A DNA stretch of 64,000 nt, from the NCBI GenBank assembly GCA_964596525.1, contig CAZQUL010000001.1, positions 140,830 through 204,829 on the forward strand, given 5' to 3'. Every line of letters begins with the position of its first letter. The first letter of the stretch is position 1. Under the pieces are notes generated by a model, which saw only the letters and a list, made by a program, of their open reading frames with translations, was not told the origin of the DNA and searched no databases. Positions 56,694 to 64,000 of the stretch are shown piece after piece. Source of the stretch: an uncultured Gammaproteobacteria bacterium. GTDB lineage: Bacteria; Patescibacteriota; Patescibacteriia; Magasanikbacterales; GWA2-37-8. Position numbers and translations under genes: made by a program.

Positions 56694-57863
56694 TTAATTC
56701 GGAATTTTCCATTCATTGATAAGTTCGAGCAGTCGGTCGTCTTCGATCGCCCGTCGTGCATCACGCATGAGATTCAACATCACGGCTAGATTATGGATGC
56801 TCGCGAGACGCATTGCCGTCATTTCTTCGGCAACGAAGAGATGATGAATATAACTGCGCGTGTACCGTGTACAGGTAAAGCAGGTGCAATTCGCATCGAG
56901 TGCTGCAAGGTCGTTTTTGAATGCCGCGTTCTTGATGTTAAGTCGATGGCGACGTGACGGATCTTTGATATAGATCATGCCATGGCGCGCCAAACGGGTT
57001 GGCGCCACGCAATCAAACATGTCCGCACCATGACTCACCGCAATAAGGAGGTCATACGGATTTAAACCAAGACCCATGGTATAGCGCGGTCGGTTCGGGT
57101 CGAGGATCGGCACAACCCAATCCAGGATGTCGGCGGTTGCAGTCATGTTATAACCGATGGATTCGCCGCCGATCGCCAAACCGTCGAACGCGAGATTTGT
57201 AATAAAACGAGCGGACTCTTCGCGTAGCTCGCGGTGCGTACCACCCTGTACAATACCGAAGACGAATTGTTCGTAACCGTGATACTGACGATTAGCTTCG
57301 TGCGCGGCCAGAGATTGCACGGCCCAACGGTGCGTGCGCTCGAGCGCAGTGCGGGCATACGCGGTGGTCGCGTCGTCTGGCGTACATTCATCGAAAGCCA
57401 TGATGATGTCAGCGCCGAGCTTGTGTTGGATGTCGATGGCACTTTCCGGCGTGAAGCGTTTCATTGAGCCGTCGAGATGGCTTTTAAACGTGACGCCTTC
57501 ATCATCGATCGTGACGAGTTTGCCTTGGTCGCCCGTGCCAGCGCGTGCTTTTTGCAAACCCAAACTAAAAACCTGAAACCCACCACTGTCGGTAAGAAGC
57601 GCGCCGTTCCAGTTCATAAATTTGTGTAAGCCGCCCTGGCGACCGATAAGGTCTTCGCCGGGACGCAGGTGCAGGTGGTAGGTATTAGCCAACATAATCT
57701 CGGCACCAAGTGTTTTCATGTCATCTTGGTCGAGCGTTTTTACGCCGGCTTGCGTGCCAACCGGCATGAAACACGGCGTTTCGATGGTGCCATGCGCAGT
57801 CGTTAAACGACCGCGGCGGGCCGGAGTGTGAGGGTCTTGCTTGAGAATCGTGAACAAAGACAT
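56694..57863 (-). CDS. tgt: queuine tRNA-ribosyltransferase
   Basis: ARRGRLTTAHGTIETPCFMPVGTQAGVK...LLTDSGGFQVFSL... and zinc-site cysteines (CTCFTCTRY). Confidence 0.9.
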   Translation of the reverse strand: MSLFTILKQDPHTPARRGRLTTAHGTIETPCFMPVGTQAGVKTLDQDDMKTLGAEIMLANTYHLHLRPGEDLIGRQGGLHKFMNWNGALLTDSGGFQVFSLGLQKARAGTGDQGKLVTIDDEGVTFKSHLDGSMKRFTPESAIDIQHKLGADIIMAFDECTPDDATTAYARTALERTHRWAVQSLAAHEANRQYHGYEQFVFGIVQGGTHRELREESARFITNLAFDGLAIGGESIGYNMTATADILDWVVPILDPNRPRYTMGLGLNPYDLLIAVSHGADMFDCVAPTRLARHGMIYIKDPSRRHRLNIKNAAFKNDLAALDANCTCFTCTRYTRSYIHHLFVAEEMTAMRLASIHNLAVMLNLMRDARRAIEDDRLLELINEWKIPN

Positions 57864-57884
57864 AGATGCAATTCGTCATTGCGA

Positions 57885-58016
57885 GGAATAATGACGAAGA
57901 CCGTCCGCCATGGCAGCACGGCGTGCCGGGCGGGCAATCCCCTTGATAGCTGAGTGGGTTCTGAAGTACAGAGGGATTGCTTCGTCAGTCGTCTGACTCC
58001 TTCCTCGCAATGACAT
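57885..58016. repeat. nested palindromic intergenic repeat, copy C
   Basis: Same outer and inner arms as copies A and B. The CCATGG-centred insert sits in the left arm, inverted relative to copy A. Confidence 0.7.
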
Positions 58017-58033
58017 TTGTATGATCGTTAACT

Positions 58034-59062
58034 TTATAAAAATCTTGATTTGACCCTCCGCACTAAACGCAGCAGCCGATATGTCAGCGCACGCGGCAGT
58101 GAGAAAATAATTTCATACGTACCGGGAAACACGCGGATATCACCTTCGAAACCGAGTTTGAAGCGCGTGTATCCAGCTTTTGAACTGCGCTCATCATACC
58201 GATAATCCGCCACGGAGAGCACTCTTGTTTTCGGTGATCGCGGACCGAGCGGCTCGGCGATACCGAAAAAGTCATACAGCGCACAACCATACGCGCGAGC
58301 CCGCAGTAGTGCCTGCCACTGTACCAGGTGCGGTGCCATGAGTTGGCGGAAGTGGTAGCGCGAGGCGCCGTAGAGATAGGTATACGTTGCGGGCGTTTTC
58401 CAGAACACAGCGCTTGCGATGGGCTGGCCATCATGCCAGGCAGTCGCTTGTTCGGCGGACGATGCAGCTAAGACCGCCTGGTAATGAGCGCGGGGATGAA
58501 GGCGAAATCCATCACGGTTACCTGTTTCCTGGCTGATACTCCAAAATAATTCTTCGTTCTTTTCCCAGGTTATCGTGACTCCCTTGCGTTCTGCGAGGCG
58601 AATGTTGTAGCGCGTCTTGGGATGAAACCGAGCAAGCAACTCTTCGGGGCTGGTGAGGGGCACGGTGATGGTTGTCGCTGGCTGAACCATCGTTACAGAC
58701 TGCATTTTGATGCCCCTAGGCACCGTCCGCGGCTCGACACGCCACAAAAAACTTGAACGACTAATATAGGTGCGCAATGACGACCATGCCTCATTATTTT
58801 CTCCATCTGACAGTGAAGAAGCAAAAACCGGTCCGTAGGGCGAATAGGCATACGTCCCCAACGGAGTGTCGTGATATGTCACAAGCGTTTGAGCGGTCCG
58901 CTTACCATTAGTTTCCACCACCAAACACTCGAGACGCTCACCCTCGCTCACAAGCACACGAACCCACTCACTCGTCTGCGTGAGCGGCAAGAGATCGCCC
59001 GCGTACTGGGTAAAATCGTCCCACATTGCATCATCTTCAATCCGAACCGAGCGTACCTCCAT
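58034..59062 (-). CDS. FemAB-family peptidoglycan interpeptide-bridge aminoacyltransferase-like protein
   Basis: Resembles the FemAB / lipid II aminoacyl transferase family (KTRYNIRLAERKGVTI...GFRLHPRAHYQAV...LYGASRY). Confidence 0.65.
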   Translation of the reverse strand: MEVRSVRIEDDAMWDDFTQYAGDLLPLTQTSEWVRVLVSEGERLECLVVETNGKRTAQTLVTYHDTPLGTYAYSPYGPVFASSLSDGENNEAWSSLRTYISRSSFLWRVEPRTVPRGIKMQSVTMVQPATTITVPLTSPEELLARFHPKTRYNIRLAERKGVTITWEKNEELFWSISQETGNRDGFRLHPRAHYQAVLAASSAEQATAWHDGQPIASAVFWKTPATYTYLYGASRYHFRQLMAPHLVQWQALLRARAYGCALYDFFGIAEPLGPRSPKTRVLSVADYRYDERSSKAGYTRFKLGFEGDIRVFPGTYEIIFSLPRALTYRLLRLVRRVKSRFL

Positions 59063-59063
59063 A

Positions 59064-61949
59064 CTATTCGGTTACACGCACACTGAGCTCCTGTTCGGTT
59101 ACAAGACCGCCATCAGTCATGGTTTCGGCGATGAGTGTTGAATCGCCCGGGCCTGGACTATGGTTCCAAGTGAAGATGAGATTGTTGTTGAAGAGTTTCT
59201 CATCAGGCAAGAAGGTATAGATAAGTTTTTTCTCCTGACCTGGGGCAACAAGGTAGATATTAACGGTTTTAATATCATCGAAACGGAAAGGCGTGAGGTA
59301 CATGGCACGTGGAAAATCGGAGTTCTTAAGGGTTACAGTGTTCCCCCCGAACCATGACACGGACGGCGGATCGAGTTCGACATCGAGCGTGAAGGGAACT
59401 TCTTTCTGAACATAGTTGCCCAGATCGTCCATGGCAACCACGGTAAGCACGTGCTGGCCCCGGCTCAGATCGCGCGCGTAGTAATTGAAGGAAAACGGCG
59501 CGTTGTAGCTTGTGCCGACCAACAAGCCATCGATACGGTATTCAACACGAGACACGCCGCGCGGCGCGGCTGCGTTTACTTGAAAATTAAGGGCGCGCGC
59601 CGTGAACGTCTGGTATGCGGTCGGGCTTACAACGTCTACCGAGGGGATGAGCGCCGGATCCTGCGGCATATCCACTTCGGAGGGCGGATCGGTAAGAACA
59701 ATGGTTTCGCCCGCAGTCTGACGACGCACTACCCATTCCTGAAGGTACTTTTCCCAGTTTTCATACTGCGGATCAGCGGTCGGATCGGCAGGTGCTGGAC
59801 CGCGGGGATCGGTACGCACTACATAATGCAAAATATCATGCGGCGGCAGATAGGTACGCTCTTCTACAAGATGTGCCGGCGTGGTGGAGGCGGCAATGCG
59901 GCCGGTAAGGGTGTTAATTTTGAGCTTGATACCCCGATCAGCACCGCGCAGCACGGGTTTATCGGGCGGCGTCGTGGTAGCAGGTACCGCGAATTTCTCA
60001 ACCGGCGTACCCGAAACCGCCTGGCGCATGAATTGATTCCAGATAAGGCCAGCAAGTTTTTCACCGCCTTGGCCAGCTTTCATGGGGGTGTAGTCGGTAT
60101 TACCCACCCATACACCGGCCGCGAGCGAGGGTACGTAGCCGAGCGTCCAAGCATCGCGGTAGTTTTGCGTGGTACCGGTTTTGGCAGCAGCCGGACGATC
60201 TGGGAGCACCAAATTATTTTTGGCACCAAAAATGTAGGCGCGGGCATTATTGTCGGCCAAAACGTTGGTGATGGTCGTAGCTAATTCTTCGCTCACTGCC
60301 TCGGTGGGTTCGCCGGCACGCCATTCATAGAGCTTTTCACCTTGATCGTTTTCGACGCTCAAGATGCTCGTTGGCGGCAGGCGTTTGCCGCCGTTAGCAA
60401 GCGCAGCATAGGCAGCTGTGTGCTCAAGCGGACTTACCACACCGCCGCCAAGCACCAAACTCAAACCCAAATCACCGTTGAATGTGGTGTAGCCGAACCG
60501 TTTGGCAAAGTCGATGGTTTCTTCGTAGCCGACAAGATACATCGCTTTGACGGCCGGAATGTTGAGCGAACCTTGGAGGGCAGACCGGAACGTGATGAGA
60601 CCGTACTCGCGGCCGTTGGCATTGCGCGGAGCGAACGGCCGGCGGCCTGTGAGGTCAAACTCAGTACGCACGTCATAAACTACCGTTTCGGGTGTATAAC
60701 CTTTTTCAAATGCTGCAAGATAAACGAACGGCTTGAATGATGAACCAGGCTGGCGCTGGCCCTGGGCGATGACGTTGTACTGACCGTCGATTTCTTTGTT
60801 ATAAAAGTCGCGCGAACCGACCATGGCGAGGACTTCGCCGGTTTTGGGGTCAAGGGCAACGAGCGCGGCATTGTTGGCATTCGATTCTTTCGCGAATTTA
60901 TCACCGTTTTCTTTAACGATCGCTTCGGCAGCGATTTGCTTGTCGTAATCGAGCGTGGTCACGACTTTGAAGCCGCTCGTATCAACAACGCGTTCGCCAT
61001 ACTGCTCATCAAGAAGGCCTTTCACGTACAAGACAAAATGCTGCGCATGCGGAATGCCTTGAGCTTTTTCGAAGACCAGCGGCTCGGCCTGGGCCGCGGT
61101 TTTTTGTTCTTGGGTAATAAAGTTCTGTTCAGCCATGAGATAGAGCACCAAGTTGCGACGCTCTTTGTGCGCTTCCGGGTTGCGCAGGTAGTAGCTCGGC
61201 TGCTTGAGCATGGCCGCAAGGGTAGCTGATTCGGCGATCGTCAAATCTGCGGCCGACTTATTGAAGTAACTGCGCGACGCCGCTTCGATGCCGTAGTTGG
61301 TGGAGCCATACGAAATCTCGTTGAGATACATGGTAAGGATCTGGTCTTTGGTGTAATGGCGCTCGAGCTGAACAGCCAGAATGGCTTCTTTGATTTTGCG
61401 GAAATAACCAGCGAAACCGCGACTCTCGTTGCCGACCAGCGCATTCTTGATGAGCTGCTGAGTAAGCGTAGAGGCGCCGCCCGAACCAGCACGGTGCCAG
61501 CCCAAACGACCCAAAATGTTATTAAACCCGGCACGAAGGATACTAGGCACGCGCACGCCGCCATGCTCGTAAAATAATTTGTCTTCTACGGCAATAGTTG
61601 CCTGCACCGCCGAAGTGGCCATGCGGTCGAGCGGAATGATAGTCCGTTTCTGATCGCCGTAGGTTTCGTACAAAAGATGCGTGCCGGTGCGGTCGTAAAT
61701 TTTGGTGCTTTGCGCTACTTGACGCGTAGAAAGCTGTTCAAGCGATAAGCCGTCGCGGGTGACAAGGAGGACAATGGTAACGCCAGCTACAATCATGACA
61801 ACAAAACCGCCAACAAGAGTCCATAAGATCTCACGGCGATGGGTACCGAAGAATCGCCGCACGCGGTACCACACCTTGCGCCAGCCTTCACGGGGCGCCG
61901 GCGGGGTGACCTGGGTCCGAGGGCGGGAAAAACGCCAGTTTCTGGTCAT
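59064..61949 (-). CDS. class A penicillin-binding protein (PBP1A type) with C-terminal Ig-like extension
   Basis: N-terminal TM. GT51 motifs (EDKLFYEHGGV, GASTLTQQL). Transpeptidase SxxK (GSSFKPF), SxN, KTGT. About 300 aa of C-terminal beta-rich domains. Confidence 0.9.
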   Translation of the reverse strand: MTRNWRFSRPRTQVTPPAPREGWRKVWYRVRRFFGTHRREILWTLVGGFVVMIVAGVTIVLLVTRDGLSLEQLSTRQVAQSTKIYDRTGTHLLYETYGDQKRTIIPLDRMATSAVQATIAVEDKLFYEHGGVRVPSILRAGFNNILGRLGWHRAGSGGASTLTQQLIKNALVGNESRGFAGYFRKIKEAILAVQLERHYTKDQILTMYLNEISYGSTNYGIEAASRSYFNKSAADLTIAESATLAAMLKQPSYYLRNPEAHKERRNLVLYLMAEQNFITQEQKTAAQAEPLVFEKAQGIPHAQHFVLYVKGLLDEQYGERVVDTSGFKVVTTLDYDKQIAAEAIVKENGDKFAKESNANNAALVALDPKTGEVLAMVGSRDFYNKEIDGQYNVIAQGQRQPGSSFKPFVYLAAFEKGYTPETVVYDVRTEFDLTGRRPFAPRNANGREYGLITFRSALQGSLNIPAVKAMYLVGYEETIDFAKRFGYTTFNGDLGLSLVLGGGVVSPLEHTAAYAALANGGKRLPPTSILSVENDQGEKLYEWRAGEPTEAVSEELATTITNVLADNNARAYIFGAKNNLVLPDRPAAAKTGTTQNYRDAWTLGYVPSLAAGVWVGNTDYTPMKAGQGGEKLAGLIWNQFMRQAVSGTPVEKFAVPATTTPPDKPVLRGADRGIKLKINTLTGRIAASTTPAHLVEERTYLPPHDILHYVVRTDPRGPAPADPTADPQYENWEKYLQEWVVRRQTAGETIVLTDPPSEVDMPQDPALIPSVDVVSPTAYQTFTARALNFQVNAAAPRGVSRVEYRIDGLLVGTSYNAPFSFNYYARDLSRGQHVLTVVAMDDLGNYVQKEVPFTLDVELDPPSVSWFGGNTVTLKNSDFPRAMYLTPFRFDDIKTVNIYLVAPGQEKKLIYTFLPDEKLFNNNLIFTWNHSPGPGDSTLIAETMTDGGLVTEQELSVRVTE

Positions 61950-62011
61950 ACGATAAAATGCTTTTTTGGCTAATTATAAAGAAAAAAGAAGATTGTACGA
62001 GGCTGTTTCCC

Positions 62012-62040
62012 TTGACAAAAACCTCGTTTTCTGGTATCAT
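62012..62040 (+). promoter_or_regulatory. sigma70 promoter with extended -10
   Basis: TTGACA, 17 nt, TGgTATCAT, upstream of the 3D-domain gene. Confidence 0.45.
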
Positions 62041-62120
62041 TTCGTGTTACGCTCAGTCGGCTTGGATACCTTAGAGGTATCCTTTTGGTTTTTTAAAGGG
62101 GCGTACATAACCCCTTCGCT

Positions 62121-62720
62121 ATGAACCATTGTATCACGTTATTCCTTACCACGGTTTCGCAACGCATCGCCTGCAGTATCATGACGCTCGGCTTGGCCGG
62201 AGGGCTCGTTATACCCCTTACCCCGGCGACCACCTCGGTACCTGTAGAACCCGCTGTTTTAGCCACATCTACAGTAGAAACGACGTTATCGGAAACTACT
62301 GAAGGCCGCCTCTTCTTTCCTGATGTTGTCATACCGGACCGAAAAGTCAAGGCAACCCTGACTGCTTATTCCAGCACCCCGGACCAGACCGATTCCGACC
62401 CGTTTACGGCCGCTTCGGGCAAACGAGTGTTCGATGGCATGATCGCCGCCAACGGCTTGCCGTTTGGCACTAAGATCAAAATTCCGGAACTCTTCGGCGA
62501 CAAGGTCTTCGTCGTTGAAGACCGCATGAACGCTCGCTACGGTTTTGGCCGTTTCGACATCTGGATGGATGCGCCGCGCCACGTAGTTAATGCCTTTGGC
62601 GTAAAACGCGCGACCGTCGAAATTTATTACCCAGGCTCTAAAGCCACTGCCAAAGCTCTTGCCGCGGCCCGTACTCGTACCACGAGCACGGTCGCTCAGA
62701 AAGACTTGGCTCGCAAATAA
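62121..62720 (+). CDS. 3D-domain (MltA-like / YuiC-like) cell-wall protein
   Basis: TAYSSTPDQTDSDPFTAASGKRV...FGTKIKIPELFGDKVFVVEDRMNARYGFGRFDIWM is characteristic of the 3D domain. Start may be the internal Met at 62181. Confidence 0.65.
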   Translation: MNHCITLFLTTVSQRIACSIMTLGLAGGLVIPLTPATTSVPVEPAVLATSTVETTLSETTEGRLFFPDVVIPDRKVKATLTAYSSTPDQTDSDPFTAASGKRVFDGMIAANGLPFGTKIKIPELFGDKVFVVEDRMNARYGFGRFDIWMDAPRHVVNAFGVKRATVEIYYPGSKATAKALAAARTRTTSTVAQKDLARK

Positions 62721-63615
62721 CATCTTCGCAAGCACAACCGCCCTGCACCCGCAGGGCGGTTGTGGTAGTAAGCGTACGGCGCGGTTATTTCTCACTTGTT
62801 ATCTTGACAAACGCTCTCTGCCGTGGTATAAAGTGCGGTCGTTCTTTCACCGCACGTAACCCCGGAGGCACGCCATGCTTGAGATATTCGGCATGTTCGC
62901 GCGTGCCATCTGGTGGCACGCAGAACATATTTTCAGCGTACAGGTTATCGTTCCACTAGCGCCAGCTACGACAATGCCCGCGACGGAACGGCTTCCTTGC
63001 AGCACACACCGTGGCAAACCCCGCGGCCACAACTGGCCGCCAAAAACCGGCTGCGGGCGCGCCAGGAAAGAAACGCCGACCGTCACGAGGTCGCTTCCCG
63101 AGCGGAAGAACTATCGTGGAGAAGATCAGCTTCCTGATCTGACCCAACAGATCCTTAGCACAAAGGATTCAAACATCGTGCCCGCTCAACGTCGGAAACG
63201 GAGAGAAGGAGACGCTCATTAAACACGTCTATGGCGGTATAACCCGCCCGCTGTCGAGCTGACAGCGTAATCCACCCACTGTTGGAAAGGGGGGGTATTG
63301 AGGATGTATTGCATCTTCGTCAATTGGTTTGGCCTTAAACCGGTCAGCGGTCGGGCCTTAAGGGGAGGCTAGAGACCCTACGTGAGGGGTGAATCTCCTG
63401 ACCGCCGCGGATCCTTGTCCGCGTACAAAGATCGCGTCGCGAACGATCCGAACAATCCGTGGGCGAGAGTTAAAGGATTGTTTGATGCAAGGTAGGCACC
63501 TCGATGGCTAAGAAGCAGGCGGGGAAACCCTTAAACATCCTGCGGAGCATCAATCGAGACGTGCGACAAGCGACAACTCTTTGCCCGAGCGGATTTCATC
63601 CGCATCGGGCATAAC

Positions 63616-63650
63616 TAAAAACAGCTTTCTTACGGAAGGCTGTTTTTAGT
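63616..63650. terminator. bidirectional hairpin terminator
   Basis: aaaaacagcttt-cttacgg-aaggctgttttt, with T-runs on both strands, just 3' of the 63666 minus-strand gene. Confidence 0.5.
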
Positions 63651-63665
63651 TTTGAATACTTTGGA

Positions 63666-64000
63666 TTATGCCGCGTTTTTGGGGGTCTCGGGCGGAGTAT
63701 CTTTTTTCTTGACCTCCGTCGTTTCGGAGGACTCGCTCTCCTCCATTGATTCGAGCGGGCGGGTGCCATGTTCTTCTTGGTAACGATCCTGGTTGGCAAG
63801 ACCCAAGATGAGTTGGCGCAGGCGCTGCGGATCTTTTACATTGTGCGCCTGGAATTTGGTGACAGCGGAAGCGTTTTGGATCAGTAAATTGCCGTAGTTG
63901 AAAAATGAAGCGACCATGCCTTTTATTTCGGTCGTGATATCTTGCACCTGGTACATATCCATCTCGGAAACGGTGCGCGCGAACAACGTGTGCTGCTCCA
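63666..64000 (-). CDS. hypothetical protein, 5'-truncated by the window edge
   Basis: The frame stays open to position 64000. Acidic/Lys-rich C-terminal tail. Confidence 0.4.
   Translation of the reverse strand, partial: EQHTLFARTVSEMDMYQVQDITTEIKGMVASFFNYGNLLIQNASAVTKFQAHNVKDPQRLRQLILGLANQDRYQEEHGTRPLESMEESESSETTEVKKKDTPPETPKNAA

Noticed and set aside
62875-63222. 115-aa ORF with a ggagg SD in the ORF-poor region
   Set aside because: Despite the SD, the product (HRGKPRGHNWPPKTGCGRARKE...) looks like a translation of non-coding GC-rich sequence. Kept only as part of the uncertain-region finding.
62760-63660. Candidate tmRNA or RNase P RNA
   Set aside because: Searched by eye for GGAAAGTCC / ACAGAACCCGGCTTA (RNase P), and for a tRNA-like T-arm plus CCA and an ANDENYALAA-type tag frame (tmRNA), on both strands. 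None found.
63596-63799. 67-aa highly basic minus-strand ORF overlapping the 3' end of the last gene
   Set aside because: It overlaps the longer open frame in another phase. Lys/Arg/Pro-rich composition suggests an out-of-frame artefact.

Overview
The window is 64 kb of moderately GC-rich bacterial chromosome (local GC about 55-60%). It has two short AT-rich islands, at about 19.2-20.6 kb and 35.95-36.9 kb. Coding density is high. Many genes abut or overlap by 4 bp, which suggests operons. The envelope looks Gram-positive or CPR-like. Several lipoproteins have Cys lipoboxes, and the cell-wall genes include a FemAB-family transferase, a class A PBP, an M23/LysM peptidase and a 3D-domain protein. 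Three giant secreted proteins end in PG_binding_1 domains and one carries four lamin-tail domains. Recognisable housekeeping genes are GreA, a glutathionylspermidine synthase homologue, dCTP deaminase, Tag, endonuclease V, RdgB/Ham1, a PurA-like gene, ComM/YifB, MgtC, NUDIX, Prs-like, a PRTase, Tgt, two MFS transporters and a MacB/FtsX-type ABC pair whose ATPase and permease are separated by inserted genes. There is one tRNA-Ser(TGA) on the minus strand. The AT-rich island with a membrane-protein gene lies on its 3' side. Features the ordinary annotation does not explain: (1) three tandem cassettes of divergent paralogous ~140-aa proteins, each with its own SD and hairpin terminator, downstream of a YihY/BrkB gene and opposite the giant subtilase; (2) a family of three nested palindromic intergenic repeats, each lying 3' of a minus-strand gene, two of them 3' of TrmB-like regulators; (3) a pair of paralogous secreted Cys-rich ~155-aa proteins flanking an MFS-GNAT unit; (4) an operon of the lamin-tail giant, a lipoprotein and a disulfide-rich secreted protein; (5) an ORF-poor ~0.9 kb stretch near the 3' end. 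Domain and family names are from memory of the translated sequences. No searches were run.
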